64,000 nucleotides of DNA. Origin: a virus. The notes under the pieces were generated by a model, which searched no databases, was not told the origin of the DNA, and was given only the letters and a program-made list of their open reading frames with translations. Positions 55,639 through 64,000 of this stretch are shown here, one piece after another. The DNA lies in IMG/VR virus record IMGVR_UViG_3300044613_003178; one strand, 5' to 3'. How positions within the stretch are numbered: the first letter of the stretch is position 1; every line of letters begins with the position of its first letter. A program made the position numbers and the translations under genes.

Positions 55639-55809
55639 ATGTACGAAACAAATTATGCATTAATCGAGAGCGAAAAGTTTAATTTAGAAGAAATAGAAAA
55701 TATGTTGCCTTGGGAAAGAAGAGTATACATTGGATTGCATATAAAGAATATACAAGAACAAAAAGAAAGAATGGAACAAGTTAGAAGAAAAAATAAAATC
55801 AAAGGATAA
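55639..55809 (+). CDS. gp51: gp51-like hub assembly chaperone (56 aa from ATG; frame open from 55597); not in the ORF track
   Basis: MYETNYALIESEKFNLEEIENMLPWERRVYIGL matches the gp51-type motif Y.TNF.L.....SL.EIENM.PWER.IY. Confidence 0.88.
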   Translation: MYETNYALIESEKFNLEEIENMLPWERRVYIGLHIKNIQEQKERMEQVRRKNKIKG

Positions 55810-55813
55810 CTAG

Positions 55814-57835
55814 ATGCCATTAAAAGAAGATAGAGATAAAATTTTAGAAAGTGTAAGTAAAAAAGTTGACGGGATTTCTAAAGTTATGGAATCTCTATAT
55901 GATATTACTAAAAAACAAAATGAAGTAACATCAGATCAAGTTGCAAAACAAGAAGAAACTGAGTCAGAATCAAAAGTATTATTAAATGAAGATAAAAAAT
56001 ATAGAATTAAAACAACTAAGTTATTAGAGGAAATAAGAGATAAAGAAATAAATGTTTCAACGGAGTCTGGTTTGGGTTCTTTGATTAGTGGAATTACTGA
56101 TTTATTGGGTGGATTGGGTATTGCCGGATTGGCAGGATCATTAATTGGGTTAACTGCTGCAATAAATGAATTAAAAAATTGGTTTGATGGTAAAGAAACA
56201 CCAGTAATTAATAAGCCAGGAATGGCTGCAGGAACATCATCAGCAGCAGATATTGGTGCATCTGGTGCTGCAACTAGAGCAACTGCAAAAACGGTTTCAA
56301 CAAAAACTTTAAAAAATTTAATACAAGGAAAACCTTTATTTTCACCTTTACCTGAAAGAGAATTTTCTAGAATTGCAGGAGAAAAGGCAAAAACTGCTAT
56401 TACAGGTAAAAAACCAATAAGTGGAATTGGACCACAACAAAAAGCAACTCCATTTGAGAGAGTAAAAGCAGGAACAAGTGCAGTAGGCAGAGCGACAGGT
56501 GCTGCAACTATGAGTGCAGTTTCTGCTGGTAGATCTGCATTTTTAGGAGGAACTGCTCTTGGTGTTTCCACTCTTTTTGATCCAAATTTACAAAATGTAC
56601 CATTTGCAGATAGATTAAAACAAGCAGGTGTTGCTTTTGGTAAAGGCTCGTTATCTGCTGGTTTAGTAGATCTTGGTATCTCAACCACAGCAAATGCTTT
56701 TTCTGCAGCTGGTTTACCATCTTTAGCAAGAGCTGTTCCTATTGTTGGATTAATGTATGGTGCTAGTGAGGCATTATATAGAGCATACACAGCAAGTGAT
56801 TGGTCTAGAGGCATTGCGGAAAGTGAAATGTTAGATCAGGGAAGAATGGATTTAGAAAATACTAATAAGCAAGTAGAAATTATGGGTCAAGAAGCATTGA
56901 AATTGGCAAATGAAGGAAAAATAAATGAAGCAAAGATCGTAGAAGAACGAGCAGTAAAGATGGTAGAAAATGCTCAAAAGAATTTTTTTGCTTTACATAA
57001 TATTGTAAAAACACATGAAAAATTAAATAATGTAGTAGATATGGATCTCGCTTGGGGTAAAGGAGAAAAATATTCAATACAAGATGTTAATACAATTTTA
57101 GAAACATTTAAAGATGCAAGAAATATTAATAATTCCGATGATCTCTATAAATATTACCTCAAAAAAGGTGCGGATAAAAAAATAAATTCTGTTTTGAATA
57201 GAATTGGTTTTGATAATGTTTTTATGCTATTAAAAGAAGCACCAGAAATACTAAAAGATTATAATACAAATCTTTGGGCAAGACCAAAGGAATATTTTAA
57301 CAAATATGGTTCAGAATTAATTAGTGCTGCACAAAGAGAAGAACAAGAAAGAAAACACAGAGAAGCTGTTAACGAAGCATATGGTCAGTATGCTGGTATG
57401 ATGGCAAATGAAGGAATCATTGAAGGAAGTAGATTTGGTTCATTTATAGTTGCTGGTGAAAATAGAACATCAGAAGCAGTTGTATCAACTAAACCAAATG
57501 CAGTAACAGAAAGTATTGGTAATAACATCTACAAGATAATAAAAGAAAATGCGTTAAATGATATAACAGCAACCCAAAGACAAACTATGGTTTTGGGTAC
57601 AGTGTTAGCAAATACTGTTCAAGAATATAATGATGCATATAAGATAGCACCTTTATTATCTGGTTCATCCAGTTCATCAAATCCAATCATAGTCAATAAC
57701 ATGATTGGTGGTATGAATAGTGGTAGACTATTAGAAACAAATGGACACTTCAATTCTGCTGGAACTATACCAGATAAACATGAAAGTGTACTTGAAAAAG
57801 TTTATATGGACTATTATAAAGCAGCTATGTTATAA
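55814..57835 (+). CDS. Putative tape measure protein (gp29-like, 673 aa)
   Basis: Helical and Ala/Gly-rich with hydrophobic segments and a VAGE...EAVV motif. Follows gp26/gp51. Confidence 0.65.
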   Translation: MPLKEDRDKILESVSKKVDGISKVMESLYDITKKQNEVTSDQVAKQEETESESKVLLNEDKKYRIKTTKLLEEIRDKEINVSTESGLGSLISGITDLLGGLGIAGLAGSLIGLTAAINELKNWFDGKETPVINKPGMAAGTSSAADIGASGAATRATAKTVSTKTLKNLIQGKPLFSPLPEREFSRIAGEKAKTAITGKKPISGIGPQQKATPFERVKAGTSAVGRATGAATMSAVSAGRSAFLGGTALGVSTLFDPNLQNVPFADRLKQAGVAFGKGSLSAGLVDLGISTTANAFSAAGLPSLARAVPIVGLMYGASEALYRAYTASDWSRGIAESEMLDQGRMDLENTNKQVEIMGQEALKLANEGKINEAKIVEERAVKMVENAQKNFFALHNIVKTHEKLNNVVDMDLAWGKGEKYSIQDVNTILETFKDARNINNSDDLYKYYLKKGADKKINSVLNRIGFDNVFMLLKEAPEILKDYNTNLWARPKEYFNKYGSELISAAQREEQERKHREAVNEAYGQYAGMMANEGIIEGSRFGSFIVAGENRTSEAVVSTKPNAVTESIGNNIYKIIKENALNDITATQRQTMVLGTVLANTVQEYNDAYKIAPLLSGSSSSSNPIIVNNMIGGMNSGRLLETNGHFNSAGTIPDKHESVLEKVYMDYYKAAML

Positions 57836-57867
57836 AAAGAAAAGAGCCAGATTTCTCTGGCTCTCTT
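57832..57867. terminator. Rho-independent terminator between the convergent tape-measure-like gene and gp32
   Basis: Stem AGAGCCAGA (57843-57851) / TCTGGCTCT (57856-57864) with a 4-nt loop. A long T-rich tract follows on the - strand. Confidence 0.85.
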
Positions 57868-57888
57868 CCACACCATCTTCACATTAAC

Positions 57889-58809
57889 TCACTCGTCATC
57901 ACTAGTAAGCTTCTCGAAGTAGGACATTGCATCCTCTTCCTCGACATCCTCTTCAATCTTCTTCTCAGCCATCTTTGCTGGCTTTGCAGTCTTGGGAGTC
58001 GAATACTTCAGTTCAGTCTCTGGTTCGAAGTCATCATCTGACATCTCCTCAGCCTTACGCTTACCCTCTGGAGCAGACTTGAGGACACTATCCAACTTCT
58101 TGGACAGTTCATCATAAGACTTGAAGTTCTCTGGCTTGAGGAACTCCTGCAACTTGTGCTGCTTAGCCCAGACACCTTCCAGTTGCTTATCATCACCACC
58201 AAGAAGCGGAGTAGAATCATCGAACTCGCTCTTGTCGTAGTTAACATAACCAGCAACCTTACGAATCTTCAACTTGAAGTCTGCACCCTTCCAGAAGTCA
58301 AAGACATTGGTTGGAGTCTCATCAGCAAACTCAGGCTGCAACTTCTCCATGATCTTGTCAAAGATCTTCTTACCAAACTTGAAAAGGAACACCTTTCCAT
58401 CATTTGAAGGATTCTTTGGATCTGAAACGACCATGATGTTGGCAATGTAAGACAACTTACGCTTGCGATCACGGGCTACGGTCTTGTCGTCCTCAATACC
58501 GGAATTCCAAAGTTCACTGTTTGCTTCACAAACAGGGCACTTACCACCGATAGTGGTCGGGCAGTTCTCAATGAACCAACCACCCTTGCCTTGGAAACCG
58601 TGTGAGAACACACGAACCCAAGGAACATCCTCACCCTCAACAGGGGGAAGGAAACGGATGACAGCGAAACCATTGCTTGCTTGATCAAGCGTAGGCTTCC
58701 AGAAACGATCATCCTTGTAAGACTCTGCGCCCTTATTCATCTTCTCTAGTTCTTCAGTCAGACGCGAAATGTTTTCCTGAGAACGCTTCTTTAGATCCTT
58801 GAACGACAT
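57889..58809 (-). CDS. gp32: Single-stranded DNA-binding protein gp32
   Basis: Motifs DDRFWKP, NGFAVIRFLP, the Zn site SHGFQ...ENCPTT.G.KCPVCE, FKFGKKIFDKI, FKLKI, NYDKSEF, and an acidic tail. Confidence 0.98.
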   Translation of the reverse strand: MSFKDLKKRSQENISRLTEELEKMNKGAESYKDDRFWKPTLDQASNGFAVIRFLPPVEGEDVPWVRVFSHGFQGKGGWFIENCPTTIGGKCPVCEANSELWNSGIEDDKTVARDRKRKLSYIANIMVVSDPKNPSNDGKVFLFKFGKKIFDKIMEKLQPEFADETPTNVFDFWKGADFKLKIRKVAGYVNYDKSEFDDSTPLLGGDDKQLEGVWAKQHKLQEFLKPENFKSYDELSKKLDSVLKSAPEGKRKAEEMSDDDFEPETELKYSTPKTAKPAKMAEKKIEEDVEEEDAMSYFEKLTSDDE

Positions 58810-58865
58810 ATACGATATCTCCTTTTGTATGTTTTAAGTGTACGACATGTACGACTTACACCAGT

Positions 58866-58904
58866 AGTATACTACAGATACTGGAGTAGTCAAGGGTATT
58901 TATA
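58866..58904 (-). promoter_or_regulatory. Tandem gp32 promoters: late TATAAATA (58897-58904) and sigma70-like TTGACT-N16-TATACT (58893-58866)
   Basis: Both motifs read directly from the gp33-gp32 intergenic region. Confidence 0.65.
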
Positions 58905-59121
58905 TGGGTAGACGAGAAGATTTTGGGAGTAGATTTAATGATTCACCCTCTTCTCTTAATTTTTCTACAATTGGTTTTGGTAGATGTTTTGCAATATATT
59001 CTGGATCTAAAGAATAATTTTCACATACAAAAAGAATTGCATCAATATAAGAATCTCCAGTCCTAAGAACTCTTTTTTCAATTTCTTGCTGAAGATTTAA
59101 TTCACTATTTTCAATTATCAT
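58900..59121 (-). CDS. gp33: Late-promoter transcription co-activator gp33
   Basis: Motif IEKRV......YIDAILFVCE...LDPE.IAK.L.K.IVEKLREE...LNLLPKSSRLPI. Confidence 0.9.
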   Translation of the reverse strand: MIIENSELNLQQEIEKRVLRTGDSYIDAILFVCENYSLDPEYIAKHLPKPIVEKLREEGESLNLLPKSSRLPI

Positions 59122-60037
59122 ATTCTTTATTCTCCATGTATTTTTCTAAACTATATTTTGGTTCCCAATTTAATAGTTCTTTTGCTTTTGTTATGTCTGC
59201 AAGAGTATGTCGTGCTTCTCCGTTTCTTGCAGGTACATGAATATACTCTCCATTCATCATCTTTGCAATATCTAAAACTGAAAAAGATTTACCAGTTCCA
59301 ATGTTTATTATATTTCCATTTAATTTATGTTCACAATTCATTGCTGCTATATTTGCAGAAACAATATCAGAAACATGGATATAATCTCTTGTTTGTAAAC
59401 CATCCCCAACAATAGTCATTTTTTCATTGTTTTTCTTTTGTCTAGAAAATACACCAATTACTGGTGCATATGATCCACGAATAGGTTGTCTTGGTCCATA
59501 AACATTGAAATAACGGAAACATATGCTATCAATACCATACATTTCAGAATATAATTTAAATAATCCTTCAGAAAACAATTTTGAATATGAATACATGTTC
59601 AGACAACTAGGACTTAATACTTCTGTTTGTGGTAGTGTATCATTTAATCCATAAATTGCAGATGTGCTTGAAAACATTACTTTTTTTACATTAAACAATC
59701 TACATGCTTCTAGTATGTTTTGAGTTCCAACAGTATTTGTATTAAATGCTTTTGTTGGTTCATTTATACAATTTTGTATTCTTGCTTCTGCTGCTAAATG
59801 AAAAACATAGTCTGGTCTATGTCTTTCAAATATACCATTTACTATATGTTTATTATTAATATCATCTTTATAATAAACAACATTTTTATTATAATAAAAT
59901 TTATCATGGGCATCAGATGAAAGATTGTCAATAACTGTTACATTATAATTTTCTGATATGCAAAGTCTATCAACAATATTAGAACCAATAAATCCACAAC
60001 CACCTGTAACTAACATGTTCATGAACTTAACCACCAA
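59111..60037 (-). CDS. NAD-dependent NDP-sugar epimerase/dehydratase (extended SDR); likely start 60022
   Basis: Motifs LVTGGCGFIG, FHLAA, SSTSAIYG, YxxxK (YSYSK), RYFNVYGP, GDGLQTRDYIHV. Confidence 0.95.
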   Translation of the reverse strand: MVVKFMNMLVTGGCGFIGSNIVDRLCISENYNVTVIDNLSSDAHDKFYYNKNVVYYKDDINNKHIVNGIFERHRPDYVFHLAAEARIQNCINEPTKAFNTNTVGTQNILEACRLFNVKKVMFSSTSAIYGLNDTLPQTEVLSPSCLNMYSYSKLFSEGLFKLYSEMYGIDSICFRYFNVYGPRQPIRGSYAPVIGVFSRQKKNNEKMTIVGDGLQTRDYIHVSDIVSANIAAMNCEHKLNGNIINIGTGKSFSVLDIAKMMNGEYIHVPARNGEARHTLADITKAKELLNWEPKYSLEKYMENKEYDN

Positions 60038-60522
60038 TCTTCATATATATGACCATCATTTTTAACATCTGGTTTATCTAATTTATAACCATAAGAAAAT
60101 AAAATTTCTCTCATAGCATTCTTTTTTGCAGAACCTTGTGAATATTCATCATGCTCAAGTGTAATAACTTTAAATTTATATTCTTTTAATGGTAATATTT
60201 TTAAACATCCTAATGTTGCTTCATCTATATCTAATGATAAATAATCTATTTCCGATGGAACATTTTTTTCCTCAAAACACTTTTTAAAATTAAAATTTAA
60301 AGCATCAGCCCATATAAATTCATTTTTTCTAAAAGATGTCCATATGGAAGAAATATTATTGGCATCAAAGCTTAATCCACACCAACCCAATTCTTCCAAT
60401 AATTTTGTGTTACTTATATCTGTAGGGTGATATGCACCTATCTCAATATAATAGCCATCTTTTTTATTATTTAATTTTTCTAAAACATATAAATCTTGTT
60501 TGCATTGAGAATATGATTTCAT
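60019..60522 (-). CDS. FkbM-family (Methyltransf_21-like) methyltransferase
   Basis: Motifs YSQCKQD, GYYIEIGA, SNTKLLE..GW.G, IDYLSLDID, FKVITLEH. Confidence 0.85.
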   Translation of the reverse strand: MKSYSQCKQDLYVLEKLNNKKDGYYIEIGAYHPTDISNTKLLEELGWCGLSFDANNISSIWTSFRKNEFIWADALNFNFKKCFEEKNVPSEIDYLSLDIDEATLGCLKILPLKEYKFKVITLEHDEYSQGSAKKNAMREILFSYGYKLDKPDVKNDGHIYEDWWLSS

Positions 60523-60525
60523 TTG

Positions 60526-61287
60526 TTAATCCTTTTTATAAAATAAAAGATTTGTATCTGTTGTTATTGGTTCTTCTTTTGTTACTACTATATTTCCATT
60601 TAACATTTGTAATAATTCTTCTTTATTATAAACATCATTTGATATAAAATTAACAACCATATAAAAATTTTTACTGTTATTGATTAAATTTTTAATATAA
60701 ATGTCTTGTACACTCTTATAACATTCAGAAAAAGCATAATTTGATATTAAAAAATCTGTTTTAATAGTTGGTATATTTGGATATGAATAAAATTCATATT
60801 TTTCTATATCCATATTATTTACTGTTAAAAACTTTTTTATAAGTTCTATAACTTCTGGTAAATCTATTATGATATATTTTTTTATATTATATAATAAATT
60901 TATTAACATAGATTGACCACCATATCCTGCTCCTATTTCAACAACCGTTTTGCCATCTAAAGGTCCATATAATCTATGAATATCAGATGCAACAGAAATA
61001 TATCTTAAAATTGTTGGTGATAACTCATCTATTTTTTCAAATTTATATCTGTTAGGAAGCCCGTAATAATCTGTTTTTTTTAATTTTTTTATTAAATCAT
61101 TTGTAAATTCTACTTTATTTTTTTCTACACAATGTTTATAATATTCCAATCCAGATTCATATGAAACATGTTCCAATATTCCCATATATTCATTATTTGA
61201 ACGAAATGATTTAAAAAATAAATCATCTTCAACTGCTTTGATACAAACATTTTTATATTTTTCGTAATCAGAAATACTACTTTTCAT
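60526..61287 (-). CDS. Putative sugar O-methyltransferase (SAM-dependent)
   Basis: Motifs ILEHVS, SPTILRY, VVEIGAGYGG, YIIIDLPEV, LISNYAFSEC. Confidence 0.8.
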   Translation of the reverse strand: MKSSISDYEKYKNVCIKAVEDDLFFKSFRSNNEYMGILEHVSYESGLEYYKHCVEKNKVEFTNDLIKKLKKTDYYGLPNRYKFEKIDELSPTILRYISVASDIHRLYGPLDGKTVVEIGAGYGGQSMLINLLYNIKKYIIIDLPEVIELIKKFLTVNNMDIEKYEFYSYPNIPTIKTDFLISNYAFSECYKSVQDIYIKNLINNSKNFYMVVNFISNDVYNKEELLQMLNGNIVVTKEEPITTDTNLLFYKKD

Positions 61288-61296
61288 TTTAATCCT

Positions 61297-62049
61297 TTAA
61301 CAATAAATTTTATTTTCAATTAAATTATGTAATTTTTTCATACCAAGGGAATTGTGTCTCATATGAAAATGATAGTGTGATAAATCTTCTTTTGTTATAC
61401 AATTTAGATCAATAAGATGGTGTCTATTTTCCGGTAAATCTCCTATATCTTTTCTTTTTGCCCCTGGATGAATATTTATTCCAAGTTTTTTAAAATGATA
61501 TCCTATAGTAACATCATCTAATTTTATTTCTTCATCTATCATTTTATTTAAATTTTTAGATATAATTTTTAATACATCTTTACTGAAAAAGAATCCAGAG
61601 CCAGATGCAAAATTAAAATGTTCACCTTTATGGTTATAGGATGTTGGTACACCACAATAAAAATTTTGTTTTGGTTTATTGGATAAAAAATTAACTAAAT
61701 TTTCAACATTAATATAACTACCACAACAACATCTAAAAATAAAATCATAATCGGTTTCTTTTTCAAAATAGGATAATGAATTTAAAACTTTTTTATTCAT
61801 ATTTTCATATGATTCTTCTATACCATGTAATAACATGTCTTTATAAATTTTTGTTTCACCTAATTTTGGATTATTATCATAATTTGGTATAAACCCGTAA
61901 TTAAAAAAAATATTGACATTATCTGGTAATCTTTTTGCCCATGTTTCCTTTATAGTATCAACCAATTCATCATATGTTTTACCATTTGAATGAGCAATAT
62001 CTTTACCACCACTTAGAACTATTATTGCAATTTTCATCTTACATTCCAC
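61297..62049 (-). CDS. GT31/fringe-like glycosyltransferase (likely start 62037)
   Basis: Motifs IKETW, ESYENMNKK, YDFIFR....YIN..NL..FL, FASGSGFFFSKD, DDVTIG. Confidence 0.65.
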   Translation of the reverse strand: MECKMKIAIIVLSGGKDIAHSNGKTYDELVDTIKETWAKRLPDNVNIFFNYGFIPNYDNNPKLGETKIYKDMLLHGIEESYENMNKKVLNSLSYFEKETDYDFIFRCCCGSYINVENLVNFLSNKPKQNFYCGVPTSYNHKGEHFNFASGSGFFFSKDVLKIISKNLNKMIDEEIKLDDVTIGYHFKKLGINIHPGAKRKDIGDLPENRHHLIDLNCITKEDLSHYHFHMRHNSLGMKKLHNLIENKIYC

Positions 62050-62813
62050 CCTTCACAATAAAGATCCTTCAAACAATTAGTCAGATTAATATCAGCAGAT
62101 CTATATGGCAAAGTGTCCCCAAACCACTGTTTTGGAGCATATACCTTTTTGTCTTGTCTATTATTTAGCCATGCACCCCACCAACTAAATGAACTATTTG
62201 CTATTACTATGTTTTTAACTTTAGTCATCATGTATAAGCAACAATGATGATCTAAATTTACATGAACATATTGATCTCCTATAAAATTTTCTTTACACCA
62301 ATTTAAATCATCAGAAAAAATTAAAATTTTTCCGGATGGTGAAATTTCATTTAAACAATTTATATAATATTCTCTTGAACAAATTGGGTGAGCATGTTGT
62401 ATTGTTAGATAATCTGTTCTTCTTATATGAATTGCTGTATATTGATTTGTTATATTTTCAATATCAGAATAACCATTAGTCTTTACATTTTGTTTTACAT
62501 ATTCTTTAAATGAAAAATTTTTTAGTATTAAATCTTTACAATTTTTAAAATATTTTTCCGATTGAAAGTAACCATGTAAATGTGTATTATCTGTTAAATT
62601 TTCAAATTCTTCATTGTAATTAAATTTTTTTTCTGAAAATACATTTGGAGCATTTGAAGAAGTGTATTGAATATCCGGTAATTCTAATACATTTATATTT
62701 GATTCATTTTTACAATAGTAAGCTTTTGTATTATTTTTATTTGCTAGTGATAAACATGTTGCTAATTGAAATAAATTATTACCAAGTCTTCCCATTAAAT
62801 TTACTGTTATCAT
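62034..62813 (-). CDS. GT11 family alpha-1,2-fucosyltransferase-like protein
   Basis: Motifs GRLGNNLFQ, GYFQSEKYF, HIRRTDY, IFSDDLNWC, IANSSFSWWGAWL. Confidence 0.93.
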   Translation of the reverse strand: MITVNLMGRLGNNLFQLATCLSLANKNNTKAYYCKNESNINVLELPDIQYTSSNAPNVFSEKKFNYNEEFENLTDNTHLHGYFQSEKYFKNCKDLILKNFSFKEYVKQNVKTNGYSDIENITNQYTAIHIRRTDYLTIQHAHPICSREYYINCLNEISPSGKILIFSDDLNWCKENFIGDQYVHVNLDHHCCLYMMTKVKNIVIANSSFSWWGAWLNNRQDKKVYAPKQWFGDTLPYRSADINLTNCLKDLYCEGWNVR

Positions 62814-62820
62814 AATTTTT

Positions 62821-63561
62821 TCATTCCTGTTCTATTAAATTTTTCCAATAACTAAATTTTAATTTATTATAATTAAATGATTTATTTTTTAATTCATTTT
62901 TTTTATTTAATAAAAAATCTTCTGTGATTTCTTCGTATTTATCAATAAAAATAACAGGAAGATTGCTGTATAATTTTTTAAGAGAACCAATATTTTTTAA
63001 AATAGGAATTCTTCCAAGATATAATATTTCCCATGTTCTATGACAATCTAACCCGTTTCCGGGTGGACTTAGAATAAATTCATGTTCTTTAATATTTGTA
63101 TAATATGAATTTTGACCACCAAATCCATCACAACTGTGTATAGTAATAAAATTATTAGTTTGAAACAAATTATAAGGAATTATTCTTTCGGCATGATTAG
63201 TACCAATATTGTGATTAATATATAACAATTTTTTAATAATTATGTTTTTATTACTATAGTCATGTAGCATATGTTTTTTTTGTATTGAATTTGGAACATA
63301 ATCATTTTCCAGTCCTATTGGTATAGGTATAATTTTTTCATCATCAATAATTATATTTTGTCCAAACCAAAAATTAAATTTATCTTTAAGGGAGAGATAT
63401 GATGCATCTACTGGTAAATCTCCATTGTGTGTTACAATTTTATTTATTTTTGATGTTCTATTTAAAAAACTCCTAGCATCATCAATTTTTACAAAATTAC
63501 AAGAAGATAAATTTTTAAATTTGTCTCCCCAAATATATTCGTCGTAATTTATCATGTTCAT
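62821..63561 (-). CDS. Exostosin-like (GT47-related) glycosyltransferase
   Basis: Motifs PIPIGLEN, FILSPPGNGLDCHRTWEILYLGRIPI, LPV. Confidence 0.8.
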   Translation of the reverse strand: MNMINYDEYIWGDKFKNLSSCNFVKIDDARSFLNRTSKINKIVTHNGDLPVDASYLSLKDKFNFWFGQNIIIDDEKIIPIPIGLENDYVPNSIQKKHMLHDYSNKNIIIKKLLYINHNIGTNHAERIIPYNLFQTNNFITIHSCDGFGGQNSYYTNIKEHEFILSPPGNGLDCHRTWEILYLGRIPILKNIGSLKKLYSNLPVIFIDKYEEITEDFLLNKKNELKNKSFNYNKLKFSYWKNLIEQE

Positions 63562-64000
63562 TTATTTATTATTAAATTTACTAATTTATCAATAGATTCT
63601 TTATGTATTTTATATGGTCTTATACTATGACAATCATAATAATATTCATTTTTAACTTTATCATCAGACCAGTTCCATTCTAATCTATCTATTCTATGGC
63701 ATCTGTGTCTACCACAATCTCTATGTAATCGAATTATTCTATTTTGATCATGATATTGGTTTATTTTTTTACTAGACCACATTTCATCTGCCCCCCAATG
63801 AGGTAAAGCATCAGATAGACCATCAGGTTTATAATTATGTGTATTTTCTTTCCAAAATCCAGATGACATAAAATCTTTCCATGATGGTAAAATGCCTAAT
63901 AGATCTGTAAATGTTTTCCCTTGTGCAACATTATAACAACAAGAATATAACAAATTTGGATATTTTTCTCTTGGATCTGAATTTAACGCAACAAATTTAT
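63558..64000 (-). CDS. Partial ORF, probable glycosyltransferase-associated protein (start lies beyond the window)
   Basis: The frame is open to the window end (KFVALNSDPREKYPNLLYSCCYNVA...). Motifs WGADE, RIDR, DCHSIRPY. ATGA overlap with the next glycosyltransferase gene. Confidence 0.55.
   Translation of the reverse strand, partial: KFVALNSDPREKYPNLLYSCCYNVAQGKTFTDLLGILPSWKDFMSSGFWKENTHNYKPDGLSDALPHWGADEMWSSKKINQYHDQNRIIRLHRDCGRHRCHRIDRLEWNWSDDKVKNEYYYDCHSIRPYKIHKESIDKLVNLIINK

Noticed and set aside
55936-56814. 292-aa antisense ORF within the tape-measure-like gene
   Set aside because: It is a shadow of Ala/Gly-rich sense codons, with no recognisable motifs or RBS.

Overview
This is an AT-rich segment of a large T4-like myophage genome, similar in organisation to the Kyanoviridae-like environmental phages. 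It covers the virion morphogenesis region and the start of a glycan-modification island. Reading the - strand from the right end: a glycosylation operon (partial ORF, GT47-like, GT11, GT31-like, sugar O-methyltransferase, FkbM methyltransferase, NDP-sugar epimerase), then gp33 and gp32. Next is a + strand island: gp48, gp26, gp51 and a tape-measure-like gene. The - strand then resumes with gp4, gp54-like, gp53, a gp27-like hub, gp5 split into two genes, PAAR, gp25, gp6, gp7, gp8, a VrlC/DUF4815-like protein, large fibre/appendage proteins and gp13-14-15. After these come a ~10.9 kb insert (a 57-aa ORF, an FN3-repeat protein and three paralogous beta-helix proteins), then gp16, gp17, gp18, gp19, gp20, an Ig-like protein and a truncated Cys-rich ORF. 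Main observations: (1) a candidate lambda G/GT-type programmed -1 frameshift (T TTT TTC) fusing gp26 to gp51 directly upstream of the tape-measure-like gene; (2) gp5 is genetically split near the point where T4 cleaves it proteolytically, has no recognisable lysozyme domain, and its needle carries a ~300-aa extension with amphipathic helices reminiscent of evolved VgrG; (3) Cys-rich additions occur across many tip and appendage proteins; (4) a late promoter sits inside an RBS-sequestering hairpin/terminator upstream of gp13; (5) the same CBM-like module is inserted into two unrelated structural proteins. All family assignments come from motif recognition and gene order; no database search was run. 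No tRNA, CRISPR array, intron or intein was recognised.
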